IMG/VR virus record: IMGVR_UViG_3300027770_000026
Location: 1-64,000 of that record
DNA length: 64,000 bases
Direction: 5' to 3' (one strand)
In this document: positions 10,768 to 20,646 of the stretch, piece after piece
Layout: every line of letters starts with the position of its first letter
How positions within the stretch are numbered: the first letter of the stretch is position 1
Position numbers and translations under genes: made by a program
The notes under the pieces: generated by a model
Database searches by the model: none
Told to the model about the DNA's origin: nothing
What the model saw: only the letters and a program-made list of their open reading frames with translations

Positions 10768-11256
10768 TTATTTAAAAAATTCACTGGCATCCAAATTCCA
10801 CTTGATCGGATCAATTCTATGTACGCCTAATAGGAATAATACTAGACTACTAACACTACTGCCGCGCCCTACACCCCATACGATCTTGTGTGTTCGCATA
10901 ACATCAACCAAATACTTAATGGTCTGTAACACCGGTAGTAATTTACGTTTTTCAAACTCTTTCAATTCCCATTGTACTCGCGCTAGGTCATGTTCGTCAC
11001 GCGATAATGTCAGCAAATGACTGATTATGTCCAACTCTCTGTACGACTGGGGTATTAGCCATTCGTCGATACGCTCCTGCCAACTTAGTTGTGGAGGCAA
11101 ACTGGGGAACAAGTCTTGATTGATCTCTAGCTTATCTTCTAGTTGCTCACGTAGGTCATTGGTAATCCAATCTAATGCAATTGCGGGGTCACAATTTTGC
11201 ATTAGTACATGGACGAATTCGTCGCCGCCGATTGGGTTAGTTGTTACTGCTTCCAC
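10768..11256 (-). CDS. Stand-alone fragment of DNA polymerase III alpha (DnaE palm region)
   Basis: VWGVGRGSSVSSLVLFLLGVHRIDP matches the DnaE GxGRGS...DP motif. Confidence 0.75.
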   Translation of the reverse strand: MEAVTTNPIGGDEFVHVLMQNCDPAIALDWITNDLREQLEDKLEINQDLFPSLPPQLSWQERIDEWLIPQSYRELDIISHLLTLSRDEHDLARVQWELKEFEKRKLLPVLQTIKYLVDVMRTHKIVWGVGRGSSVSSLVLFLLGVHRIDPIKWNLDASEFFK

Positions 11257-11839
11257 CTTTTAACACTTTAGGAGTAAACTGAATGACTTTATTAAGTTTA
11301 ACATCCTGATCGGATTTAGTCAACTGCCAATCAAGTCCTATAGACTTCCATGTAGGAAACTTTTGAAAACGATTGAAGTTGATGTTGGGTGTGTTCCACC
11401 AACGATCAGCAACCGGCAGGTCGTTGAGAATTTCTGCTAGCAGTTCTTTGCGTCCCCACTCAGCATAGTAACTGATGTTGTCACCTAGACTGCTGCTAAC
11501 TTCAACTTCTTCGATGGTAAATCTTCCTTCTGCGATAGCATTCAGTTTAAATGCAAGCGCACAACTTAGTACCCAGTCAGGGCCATCATCGGGCAACACT
11601 ACAATTTTGTTCTGCAGCTTTTGCATGGTCTTGAATATACTACTAGTCTTCTGCATGATTACTGTGCAGTTGAGCTCGTTGTTTAGGAAATGCTTGATAC
11701 GTTGGAACGCTATGTTCTGCGCATGAGCACTTGCATCGTTCACTGTGAAAGTGACGTTCACTTCAAAACTATTTGGTAGTAGTGCATTTTCTACTACCGT
11801 GAGCGCAACAAAGTTGGCTCGAAATTTACAAAATTCCAT
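11237..11839 (-). CDS. Hypothetical protein, possibly a degenerate T-fold (QueD-like)
   Basis: 200-aa ORF; weak pattern similarity only. Confidence 0.6.
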   Translation of the reverse strand: MEFCKFRANFVALTVVENALLPNSFEVNVTFTVNDASAHAQNIAFQRIKHFLNNELNCTVIMQKTSSIFKTMQKLQNKIVVLPDDGPDWVLSCALAFKLNAIAEGRFTIEEVEVSSSLGDNISYYAEWGRKELLAEILNDLPVADRWWNTPNINFNRFQKFPTWKSIGLDWQLTKSDQDVKLNKVIQFTPKVLKGGSSNN

Positions 11840-12093
11840 TAGCTTATATCTATTACCGAGAATGGATCAGGATCGTTTTTGCTTTGCTGACTAGCATGCT
11901 TGGCATAACGTGCAGTGGTTCTGTTTATAACTTCATTGCGATAAGCTTCAATAATTCCAGACAACTGCATTTGCAATCCAAAATTACCTATACTTTGCGA
12001 TGTTACGTACTTTCTGGACAACTCGTTTAGTTTTTGCTCCAACTGTTGGTCAGTGAGTGCATCTAAGTTATCCAGCAAAGGATTATAAAACAT
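11839..12093 (-). CDS. Hypothetical protein
   Basis: 84-aa ORF, TAATG coupling. Confidence 0.7.
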   Translation of the reverse strand: MFYNPLLDNLDALTDQQLEQKLNELSRKYVTSQSIGNFGLQMQLSGIIEAYRNEVINRTTARYAKHASQQSKNDPDPFSVIDIS

Positions 12094-12099
12094 AATGAA

Positions 12100-12657
12100 T
12101 TATGCTGCGTACTTTTTGAAGTTAGTCAAGTAGATAGTAGTGCCCGCATCCCTTGTTACAAACTCATAAATGTAAATGTAGTTTGCAGCAGTGGTAGTAA
12201 CTGCACCATCATAGACCTGGACTGGGGTGTCAAAGTCAACTGTGAATGTACCCGATGATGGTAGGGTAAGTTCTACAGTCATTCTAGCTTCGGATCCTGC
12301 GGTTCCAAAATTGCTAAATGCTAATGTTCTAGTGCCGTTAGTTCCGCTAAGTGTTGCGTACTGATATCCACCGTTCGTCCAATTTAGAGTAACTGTGCCA
12401 GTACCTAGACTAGCACTAAAGTTATATCCCTTGGTTAGATTCTGCAACGAAACATAGTTCTGTAGTGTGTTACCTGCAAACCCGTTGTCAGTATTGGTCT
12501 TGGCAGTGTAATCTTGCAGTATGGTTACTTCGCTTGCAGCAGTTTCTAGCTGTGTCTTAATAGCTAGAAAATTGTCTCTGAATCCTTGGCTGTCGTTTGC
12601 AACGCCGGCAACTGGGTAATTGGCATTAATCCCACTTGTGCTAATTGTTGATGTCAT
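12100..12657 (-). CDS. Putative virion structural protein
   Basis: T/S/G-rich beta content, PVAGVANDSQGFRDNF, next to baseplate genes. Confidence 0.65.
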   Translation of the reverse strand: MTSTISTSGINANYPVAGVANDSQGFRDNFLAIKTQLETAASEVTILQDYTAKTNTDNGFAGNTLQNYVSLQNLTKGYNFSASLGTGTVTLNWTNGGYQYATLSGTNGTRTLAFSNFGTAGSEARMTVELTLPSSGTFTVDFDTPVQVYDGAVTTTAANYIYIYEFVTRDAGTTIYLTNFKKYAA

Positions 12658-14839
12658 AAATCGCTCCGTCAGTATTAAAGTATATGTACTTATCTTCAGT
12701 TATGGATGCATCAAAAGTTGTGTAGTCAAACAAGGTTCCGCCTTCGTCGAACAGTGTAATTGTTGGCAATATTGTCGCACCCTTAAGTATCATACGATCT
12801 ACATGGAAGTCGATGTAGCTGAGTTTGTGCGTACTGGTCTTAATTTTGCGCAGTACCTGTGTACCATTTCCAGGCTTAACATGGCACAGCACTGCTGCAG
12901 CGATCCAACCTAATGGACGACCATCTAATTGGGGACTGGTCATCCACTGTGGCAGTAAACTGTCTGTTGCTTGTCCCGGACCATCTTGCAGTCGAGCCAA
13001 TTGATTTTGTAGAGTAGCCGGATAAATTTCCTGTATGCTAGAATACAAATCATCAGTAGACGGAATAGCTACAATTTGTGGAGGGCCTTCCATTACGCTG
13101 TTTAGCTGTGGATCAATGATGTCCACATAAACTGTATCGCATACATGATTGCCCAAGCGATCCTTAACTGTGGCATAATGCACGTTGCCCAAACGGAAAC
13201 GCTTTAGATCCCAGTTTTGGCTCACTGCATCTGCAAACTGTTCTGCGTCCGATTCTGCAATACCCACAAATGCTAGGAACTCACATTCCAAACTTCTACC
13301 ATATTCACTATCCTCGCTGCGATACACGATCGAATTATTGAATATACGTTGGTCGGTTACCAAGTTCCTCCACACAGTACGTTGACTGTTGGCCATATAT
13401 GCTCGGTAGTACATGTTAAACGCTTGCGCAACTTCGCCGCTGTTTGCCACAAACGGTAATACTTCTATTTCAAAGTTTTGTATCTGTGTAGTTAACGGAG
13501 ACAGATCCGCATAATCTTGTGATGGGTTATATACCTTAACAGAGAACGAGTAAACACCTTCGGCTGTGGCCCAAACTACCTTACCACTGAGATAGCCCCT
13601 GGGTGTTAGTGTTAGTCCAGGTGGGAGATTGCCTTCATATAACTCAAAGAACAACGGCGTAGACGAATTCTGAACCATGTAGCAATTGATTGCCAGATCG
13701 CTAACCTCACCCTTTCGTATGTTGTATCGATATGTTGCGGCGTCTGTGATTGCTACGCCCATTGGATCTAAGAATTGGAAATCAACTCCGTCGCCGCCTA
13801 CTACACGTAGACTAAATTCAGGAGTAATTGTATCTTGTACAGTAACAGATGCTACAACTTTTTTAATTGCAACGGAAAAACTATTGTATTGGTCCTGATA
13901 TGCAATGTTAGGAATTAATCCAGTAACATAACCATTGCGTAGTTCCACTTGTAGATACGGGGCAGTAGTTGCTTGATATCCGTCGTACCCCAATATTGAT
14001 CCTTCGTCATATCCCTGCATGTCATAGGCATTTTGCGCGCCCATTATAGAGTATTCTAGATCTTCTCCAGTAGGATTCCATGCTCGTAACTGTTTGAGAA
14101 ATTGATTACTGTGTCTGTATGTGCCCAGGTTGGATGAGGTTAGCAGTACGATAGGCAAGGATGAACTTGCATCTGCAGATATAATTGTGGTATCTGCAGT
14201 AATGTCAGTACTACTAGCATCTAATCCTTGTGTATCAAGTGTATACAGCGTGAACGTTTTATCTACATATGTATTTTTTTGTTCTATACTACGGGCACGT
14301 ATGGTAAACTCGCTTACTCCGGTATAGAAAAATGTGCTATTACTAACATCCCAATTATCACTGGTAGTCGACGTGGCTACAAGATTAGCCCCGGCAATAC
14401 CATATAGTTTACCTGTTGCATCTAGAAATACACCCTGTGGTAAAGAACCATTCAGCAGTACAAATTCTAATGGTTTAATCCAGGATGCAGTGAATGCTAA
14501 TTCGCGACGTGTACCGGCAACCCATCCGGGCAGTATTGTATCCTGTGTCCAACTAATACCTGGCGCTGCAGCTACGGTCAGTGTAAATGTACGATCAGTT
14601 ACACCAGTGGCGTTTTGCGCACGTATAATGATTTTGTACACAGTGCTAGCAGTGACATTTGGCGCATCAAATGTCACAACAATAGTGGTTGCGGTTTTTG
14701 CAATAGATGAGTTGGGTATCTCGTTATCAATTACTGTAATAGATGTACTGTCGCTGGCCGTAATCGTGTACGATACTGCTTCATCACCGGATGTAACAGT
14801 TCCTAAGGATGCGTTGGTAATCCAAATTGGATAAGACAT
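12641..14839 (-). CDS. Baseplate wedge-like structural protein with Ig-like repeats
   Basis: 732 aa; putative Ig motifs (GSLPQGVFL, GNLPPGLTL). Confidence 0.7.
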   Translation of the reverse strand: MSYPIWITNASLGTVTSGDEAVSYTITASDSTSITVIDNEIPNSSIAKTATTIVVTFDAPNVTASTVYKIIIRAQNATGVTDRTFTLTVAAAPGISWTQDTILPGWVAGTRRELAFTASWIKPLEFVLLNGSLPQGVFLDATGKLYGIAGANLVATSTTSDNWDVSNSTFFYTGVSEFTIRARSIEQKNTYVDKTFTLYTLDTQGLDASSTDITADTTIISADASSSLPIVLLTSSNLGTYRHSNQFLKQLRAWNPTGEDLEYSIMGAQNAYDMQGYDEGSILGYDGYQATTAPYLQVELRNGYVTGLIPNIAYQDQYNSFSVAIKKVVASVTVQDTITPEFSLRVVGGDGVDFQFLDPMGVAITDAATYRYNIRKGEVSDLAINCYMVQNSSTPLFFELYEGNLPPGLTLTPRGYLSGKVVWATAEGVYSFSVKVYNPSQDYADLSPLTTQIQNFEIEVLPFVANSGEVAQAFNMYYRAYMANSQRTVWRNLVTDQRIFNNSIVYRSEDSEYGRSLECEFLAFVGIAESDAEQFADAVSQNWDLKRFRLGNVHYATVKDRLGNHVCDTVYVDIIDPQLNSVMEGPPQIVAIPSTDDLYSSIQEIYPATLQNQLARLQDGPGQATDSLLPQWMTSPQLDGRPLGWIAAAVLCHVKPGNGTQVLRKIKTSTHKLSYIDFHVDRMILKGATILPTITLFDEGGTLFDYTTFDASITEDKYIYFNTDGAIYDINN

Positions 14840-14840
14840 C

Positions 14841-15656
14841 TTAGACTACTGTTGCCCCGCTAAGTGCAGTTACGATCCATGCGCTTCCCGTAAAAATTAA
14901 GGTAGCAGAATCTGCAACCGCATTAAACAACACGTGGCTACTAAATCCTAACTTGTTGGTTACGTATACTCGAACATCGCCCCCGTCTACTATCATAGTC
15001 ATTACCAATAATTGACCTTCTACGCCGTCAGGTAGAGTAGCGTCAAATGCTCCGTCTACACTGCTGATCATGGTGTAGGAGCGGTTGAGATTGATATTAG
15101 CAGGTGCAGCAATAGTTTCAGGATCAGTTAGTACTACTTTAGAACCCGAAACAATTAATGTCTGTACGTCGGTCCAACGCTTAAGAGCAGTACCTGCAGA
15201 ATATGCAGCATCTGTATTAGGAGTGAGACCATTGCATAACAAGCTACCAAATGTACCCTGTTGCGGATTAGTTCCACCAATGACTACGCCATTGATTGTA
15301 CCGCCAGTTGCGTTGAGTGCGTTGATATTAGTAACACCAGTTCCAGATGTGGTTAAACTGATATTTGTACCGGTTATTACCGTACCGTTAACTGATAATT
15401 CATCAAGTATTAAGTTGCCAGTACCGTCGGGGATAATGCTAATATTGCCGTTTGACGCGCTGCGGATAGCATGCCCTGCTACATACAAGTCATTGCCTAG
15501 TGTTGGATTTGTATCGCTGGATAGTTGGAAACTGGTATTAACAGCACCTTCTATTGCTGTAAAATTATCGTTGCATTTGAAAAATGCAGCATATAATGTA
15601 TCGCCTAGGCCATCATTTGGCGTACTTATATTAACTTGTTGTAGTGATATGGTCAT
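14841..15656 (-). CDS. Baseplate/tail protein with T4 gp9/gp10-like N-terminus
   Basis: VNISTPNDGLGDTLYAAFFKCNDNF. Confidence 0.75.
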   Translation of the reverse strand: MTISLQQVNISTPNDGLGDTLYAAFFKCNDNFTAIEGAVNTSFQLSSDTNPTLGNDLYVAGHAIRSASNGNISIIPDGTGNLILDELSVNGTVITGTNISLTTSGTGVTNINALNATGGTINGVVIGGTNPQQGTFGSLLCNGLTPNTDAAYSAGTALKRWTDVQTLIVSGSKVVLTDPETIAAPANINLNRSYTMISSVDGAFDATLPDGVEGQLLVMTMIVDGGDVRVYVTNKLGFSSHVLFNAVADSATLIFTGSAWIVTALSGATVV

Positions 15657-16308
15657 ACTCTATCCTCTGTAGAGTATTTATTCTTTCCTGTAGTAATAGA
15701 GTGCTGCCCCAGCTCTTATATTCTGATATAGTTAATTCTACCGCTTCGTGCTTGCAATGTAGGTATTCTTCATCACTAATATCCAAATGTATGCGGGGAA
15801 ATTCGCCAATTTTTAATCCCGTGCGCGGGGATAGGTATATCTGCTTGATGCCTTCGGTTCTTGATGCCAATTCCCGCATGGTGATCTGAGCTTTATTATT
15901 ATACATTCCCGTGTGGTCGTTAACAATGGCAGGTACTCTGAGCCCTAGCTTCTTGGCTGCAAGTATACGCAAGCCGCCCTGGTCTTCGCATACGGTCCAG
16001 AATTTGCTGGGTGTTGCTCGATAACTTAAGGGAATAGAAGATAACGCTCGATTCTTAGGAAGACCAGTGTTAACTACAATGGGATAAATGATACCCCATT
16101 TTTCAATATGCTCCAACAAACGGGACCAATGTCCCGTTAGTATGTCAATGTAGTAAAGATATCGTTCGTTAATTTGATCAAACGTTTCGACAGTATTGTA
16201 AAGATAGCCCGGCAATTCGTGAAAGTCCTCGTAATGGCAGGGCTGATCTAAATTAATAATGCTATCGGGTCGTAGTTGAGAGGAATAAATCTTAACCTGA
16301 TTAGCCAT
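15631..16308 (-). CDS. ParB/Srx-like domain protein
   Basis: GIIYPIVV...GGLRILAAKKLGLRVPAIV. Confidence 0.55.
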   Translation of the reverse strand: MANQVKIYSSQLRPDSIINLDQPCHYEDFHELPGYLYNTVETFDQINERYLYYIDILTGHWSRLLEHIEKWGIIYPIVVNTGLPKNRALSSIPLSYRATPSKFWTVCEDQGGLRILAAKKLGLRVPAIVNDHTGMYNNKAQITMRELASRTEGIKQIYLSPRTGLKIGEFPRIHLDISDEEYLHCKHEAVELTISEYKSWGSTLLLQERINTLQRIEYDHITTTS

Positions 16309-16319
16309 TATATTTTGCC

Positions 16320-16667
16320 TTATTTGGCACTTGTCACTTTAGCTTTTGCAACCTTTTTCTTTGCTGCCTTTTTGGCTGCTTTCTTCTTGGCTGGCTTTTT
16401 AGCTGCGGGCTTCTTTTCTATAGATTCTTCAAACACCATAACTTTAGGTTCTTGCGGAAGCTCTAGGAATTCTGCTGGCTTGACGGCTAGTGTTAGTTTA
16501 AATTCTTCTGCTAGGAATTCTTCGTATGGATCTGATTCAGGTGCCTTGTCTTTCTTCCTTAGTAGAGCGTAGAATACCACTAGTGAAACTACAGTAACAC
16601 CCACAATCACTAGTGTTGATAGTGTTGTTGCATCCCAAAAAAACCATGTTTGTAAATCATTTAACAT
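16320..16667 (-). CDS. Membrane-anchored protein with histone H1-like Lys/Ala tail
   Basis: N-terminal TM helix; KKPAAKKPAKKKAAKKAAKKK. Confidence 0.75.
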   Translation of the reverse strand: MLNDLQTWFFWDATTLSTLVIVGVTVVSLVVFYALLRKKDKAPESDPYEEFLAEEFKLTLAVKPAEFLELPQEPKVMVFEESIEKKPAAKKPAKKKAAKKAAKKKVAKAKVTSAK

Positions 16668-16675
16668 ATATACTC

Positions 16676-17224
16676 CTAGGCCAATTTGGCTGTTATTTTG
16701 CTCCAGTCAATGATCTGCCAAATCTTTTTTAAATAACCTGCCTTATCGGGACCGTAGTCTGTATACCACGCATGCTCCCACCAGTCTATTAGCAGTACAA
16801 TATCATTTTTGATTTGATGATTCTTGATGGTTTTAATTGTGCCATTCTTAGCCAAGTAGACCCACCCGGATCCTTGGATACCCATGGCAACCTTACTCAC
16901 TTCGTCCTGAAATTCGTCATAGGACTTGAAATGTCGTTCGATGAAAGCCAGTGCATTATCACTGGGCTTGTTTGAGCGGCGGGGCGGTTGGAATTGGGCG
17001 AAGAAGATGTTATGTAGAAATGCACCTGCCTTGTTAAAGTCTGGATCTCCTTCGCCCCGGTTGTAACGGTCCACATAGGCCCGTGCCAATTTCCCATAGT
17101 GAAAATCTAGATTCTGTTTGCTTAGAACAGGATCCAGATCGTCACGTGAATAGCTCAGAGGCTCTTGAACTAGTTGTTCTTTGTCCTCTAGTAGTGCTTT
17201 GTATTTTGATTCCCAGTTGCTCAT
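16676..17224 (-). CDS. Fe/Mn superoxide dismutase
   Basis: Metal ligands DFHYGK, LHNIFF, DWWEHAWY; QGSGW. Confidence 0.92.
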   Translation of the reverse strand: MSNWESKYKALLEDKEQLVQEPLSYSRDDLDPVLSKQNLDFHYGKLARAYVDRYNRGEGDPDFNKAGAFLHNIFFAQFQPPRRSNKPSDNALAFIERHFKSYDEFQDEVSKVAMGIQGSGWVYLAKNGTIKTIKNHQIKNDIVLLIDWWEHAWYTDYGPDKAGYLKKIWQIIDWSKITAKLA

Positions 17225-17263
17225 TATTTTTATTTAGTGCAACTAGGAGTATTTGGGATTTAT

Positions 17264-18292
17264 CTAATCCACATATTTTACAAACTGCTGGGCAGAATTG
17301 CACCAGGATATGTTCTTCACTGTGTTGTGTACCTGCGCACGGGGAATCTCAAAACACTTAGTTACAGCATAGGCCAGATCGCTGTTCATGTAACCGTTGA
17401 CTCCGTTTACAATTTGATCTCGTGGACCCGTGACGTTGAACGCAGCAACAGGAGTACCGCATGCCATAGCTTCCAGTATCACAATGCCGTAGGTGTCGGT
17501 GCAACTGGGGAATACAAACACGTCTGCAGCCTTGTAATAGCTGGCTAGTTCGTCCCCAAACTTGTAACCCGCAAAGTCAATATCGGGATACTTCTTTTTA
17601 AGACGCTTACGCTCGGGTCCGTTACCCACTACTACCTTGTGCAGCTCTACACCTGGAATGTAGAGTTTGCAGAATTCCTCAATGTTCTTTTCCTTACTAA
17701 CACGCCCCACATACAGCAAGGTCTTAAAGGGCTGTTCTATCTTATGATACAATCTAAAATGCTCATCGTACCCCTTCTCCATTACGGCGCTGTGCCAATT
17801 GGGGTTTTCGTTAGAGCTAGATTTGGAGGAGGTGATCACCAACTTTGAATCGCGATGGAACCAGTCAAAGTACCACTGTGTCCAACTCGTAGGAATACCC
17901 CACATAGCTTTAGCAAATTCAGGAAACTTGGTATGATATGCTGTGGTATACTGTATGCCTAAATCCGTAAGCACTTGCCTAGCTTGGTATCCTAGCGGGC
18001 CCTCGGTGGCAATATGGAAACGAATGATGCTACTATCTGCTTGTAATCGTAGTATGAGATTGCGCAGCAGCCGATACATGGTCATACGACGTACTAGTGC
18101 AAGGCTAACTTCCTTGTAGAAAGGAAACTTAACAGTTTTAAACTGACTAGGTTCAATCAGTTCTACATCATAATTAGGTGGCAAGTTCTCGATAATGTTC
18201 TTGTAAGTGGTTACAACGCCGTTTACCTGTGGGTACCAAGCGTCAGTGACTATTACGATTTTTGTACGTCGTTCCAATATATTAACTCCCAT
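17264..18292 (-). CDS. GT4 glycosyltransferase
   Basis: DAWYPQVNGV, YHTKFPE, VGRVSKEKN, DTYGIVILEAMACG. Confidence 0.92.
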   Translation of the reverse strand: MGVNILERRTKIVIVTDAWYPQVNGVVTTYKNIIENLPPNYDVELIEPSQFKTVKFPFYKEVSLALVRRMTMYRLLRNLILRLQADSSIIRFHIATEGPLGYQARQVLTDLGIQYTTAYHTKFPEFAKAMWGIPTSWTQWYFDWFHRDSKLVITSSKSSSNENPNWHSAVMEKGYDEHFRLYHKIEQPFKTLLYVGRVSKEKNIEEFCKLYIPGVELHKVVVGNGPERKRLKKKYPDIDFAGYKFGDELASYYKAADVFVFPSCTDTYGIVILEAMACGTPVAAFNVTGPRDQIVNGVNGYMNSDLAYAVTKCFEIPRAQVHNTVKNISWCNSAQQFVKYVD

Positions 18293-19014
18293 CGTCCGTC
18301 GGTGTGCTCGACTAGTGCAGTGCAGCTTTCAACCCAATCCCCGTCATTCATGTAAGTAATGCCGTTGATATCTTTGATAACTGCCTTGTGTATGTGTCCG
18401 CAGATAATGCCATCTGCATGTTTGTTCTTGCAGTAGCCCGCAATCAAATCCTCAAAGTCACTCATAAAGCTGACTGCTTCCTTGGTCTTGTGCTTGAGAT
18501 ATGCACTCAAGCTCCAATACTTTAGCCCCATCTTACGGCGTGCCCATGCTAGTGCATTGTTAATGTCTAGCAGTATACCGTATGCAAAATCGCCTAGGTG
18601 ATAGAGAAACTTGAGATGTCCGCGTAGTGCCGTGTCAAACATGTCGCCATGTATCACAATATACTGCTTACCATCTAGTCCGTGATGGCGATGATGATTT
18701 TTGATTTCAATATTGCCAAAGCTGAGATCATATTGCAGTGTCTCGCGCAGTGCTTCGTCATGGTTGCCCACAATGTAGACGACATGCGTGTCACGTTTGG
18801 CTGCGGTCAGTATACGACGCACCACATTGGTATGACTCTGTGGCCAATAGACCTTGCGGCTTAGTCGCCAACCATCAATGATATCTCCTACCAGGAAAAG
18901 ATTATCACAGGTGGTGTGCTTGAGGAAATCGCATAAAGCATCGGCTTTACAACCTTTTGTACCAAGGTGAATGTCCGAGATGAATACGGATCTATAGTGC
19001 GTGGTTGGGTGCAT
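18253..19014 (-). CDS. LpxH-like UDP-2,3-diacylglucosamine diphosphatase/metallophosphoesterase
   Basis: SDIHLG, VGDIID, GNHD, HGD, GHIH, NDGDWVES. Confidence 0.88.
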   Translation of the reverse strand: MHPTTHYRSVFISDIHLGTKGCKADALCDFLKHTTCDNLFLVGDIIDGWRLSRKVYWPQSHTNVVRRILTAAKRDTHVVYIVGNHDEALRETLQYDLSFGNIEIKNHHRHHGLDGKQYIVIHGDMFDTALRGHLKFLYHLGDFAYGILLDINNALAWARRKMGLKYWSLSAYLKHKTKEAVSFMSDFEDLIAGYCKNKHADGIICGHIHKAVIKDINGITYMNDGDWVESCTALVEHTDGRWELIYWNDVQKS

Positions 19015-20032
19015 GTTGTGTCTCTTGCAGGGGCTTACGCATACTATTTAGTTGCTCGTAGAGGCGCCTGCTGGCTTGATTCTTAGCCTTGCTTTCACAC
19101 ATCATGTCTGCCCAGGACAAGTGTTCTAGTGCCCACGTGTTAACAGCACGGTTCCAGTAGAAGTCACTGTGCGCCCGCAGCTTCTGCTTTTTGTGCCCTA
19201 GCTCTAGTAGCAGCTTATGGTCAGGCAAGGTCTCGGCACAATGGTCTACTAGAACGTCCTCACGAGATACGCTATAATGGATAACAGGCCTAACGCCACG
19301 CCAGCTATCCACCACACGTGAAACGCAACTATCGGAGGGTAGGATGTACTCTGCGTCACGTATCCAATTATGATGTATGTCAAGCACAATAGGGACCAAA
19401 TTGCCCAAACTAAGACAATCATCGAGCCCATATGTCATCTCCTCATTTTCGATAGTAATAGTGTTGCGAGCTTCGGGACTTAGGCGAGGGTACACGTCAC
19501 GAATGCCCTGTGCGCCACGCCGTCCGGCAATATGCACGTTGATCTTGAAGTCCTGAAACGTTTTACCATACCCCATCCAACGTGCTAGAGTAGCATGGTA
19601 TTCAAATTCTTCTATACTCCTTTCGACCACATCATCACGCTCACTAGCGAGTACAGTGAACTGGCCAGGATGAAAAGAAGTACGAACCCCAGTACTGCGA
19701 GCAAGGTTTCCCACTGGCTCAAGATGCTTTTCCGCATAAGCACGAACGTCGCTACGTTGCCAAAAGTAACGCCAACTAGGCTCAGTAAAAACAGGCAGTA
19801 TGTCGCTACCCAAACGAACCATTCGAAGTTGCTCATCTAATATCCCCACACGAGCTACAAGGTTATATGCTGCGTCAATATTATGGACCATGATGTCCCA
19901 TAGTCGCTGTTCGGCTACCTCACGAGTTTGGCGATTAAGCCAAGCCACAGTGGTGCTACGGTTGTTTAGTTCTGGAACCGTTTCTAGTGAGTCGTCTACC
20001 CACTTACATGCAAAACCAATCTTGCCTAGCAT
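18992..20032 (-). CDS. uvsE: UV-damage endonuclease
   Basis: GFACK, RLGSD, SFHPGQFTVLAS, ENEE, LDIHH, HYS, MCESKAK. Confidence 0.92.
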   Translation of the reverse strand: MLGKIGFACKWVDDSLETVPELNNRSTTVAWLNRQTREVAEQRLWDIMVHNIDAAYNLVARVGILDEQLRMVRLGSDILPVFTEPSWRYFWQRSDVRAYAEKHLEPVGNLARSTGVRTSFHPGQFTVLASERDDVVERSIEEFEYHATLARWMGYGKTFQDFKINVHIAGRRGAQGIRDVYPRLSPEARNTITIENEEMTYGLDDCLSLGNLVPIVLDIHHNWIRDAEYILPSDSCVSRVVDSWRGVRPVIHYSVSREDVLVDHCAETLPDHKLLLELGHKKQKLRAHSDFYWNRAVNTWALEHLSWADMMCESKAKNQASRRLYEQLNSMRKPLQETQHAPNHAL

Positions 20033-20061
20033 ACTGTACTCGTAGTAATGAACATGCGTGT

Positions 20062-20090
20062 ATTATACATGAAGTAGATGCACAAGTCAA
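20062..20090 (-). promoter_or_regulatory. Sigma70-type promoter for uvsE operon
   Basis: TTGACT-N17-TATAAT. Confidence 0.85.
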
Positions 20091-20093
20091 AAG

Positions 20094-20116
20094 AAAAGGC
20101 GCAAGATGCGCCTTTT
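20094..20116. terminator. Bidirectional-type terminator
   Basis: AAAAGGCGCA-AGA-TGCGCCTTTT. Confidence 0.8.
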
Positions 20117-20134
20117 CCTAAGGTACAAGTTGGA

Positions 20135-20569
20135 TTAGAACTTGTAGACTACGCCCGCAAACACGCGGCTACCATCCCAACTACCTTCACCAATTTGGTA
20201 ACGGTAATCAGCGGTTAGCGACAGCTTGTCCACTAGTGGTAGTGTTGCGCCAACACCAACCTGGACCAATGTTACGTTATTGCCACGGTCTGGATCAACC
20301 ATAGCTAGACCTGCTTTGGCTACAACGCTTGCACCCAATACCTTAGCAACGTCATAGGTACCAAGTACGCCATAACGGTTAACCTCGGAACGCTTGTCCA
20401 ACTCTACTGCGACACCGTATGGTCCGTGTAGTGGTAGGCTGGCACTTACGCCCAATGTGCTATCACCCTTGCGACCAGCATTATCCCAACCGGCATTAAC
20501 GCCAACGTCTGCAGCTTGGGCTGTTCCCATTGCTGCGGCCAATAGTGTTGCAAAAATAATCTTCTTCAT
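20135..20569 (-). CDS. Outer-membrane beta-barrel protein (OmpA-TM/Ail-Lom-like)
   Basis: Signal peptide MKKIIFATLLAAAMGTAQA, alternating beta-strands, C-terminal VVYKF. Confidence 0.82.
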   Translation of the reverse strand: MKKIIFATLLAAAMGTAQAADVGVNAGWDNAGRKGDSTLGVSASLPLHGPYGVAVELDKRSEVNRYGVLGTYDVAKVLGASVVAKAGLAMVDPDRGNNVTLVQVGVGATLPLVDKLSLTADYRYQIGEGSWDGSRVFAGVVYKF

Positions 20570-20586
20570 AATATACCTCTTGTAAT

Positions 20587-20612
20587 AAAAAATGCAGCAT
20601 CGCTGCTGCATT
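20587..20612 (-). terminator. Terminator between toxin-like gene and OMP gene
   Basis: AATGCAGCA-GCGA-TGCTGCATT followed by U tract on minus strand. Confidence 0.65.
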
Positions 20613-20646
20613 AATATTTAACGAAGCATTTGGTCTACGCCAAAAA

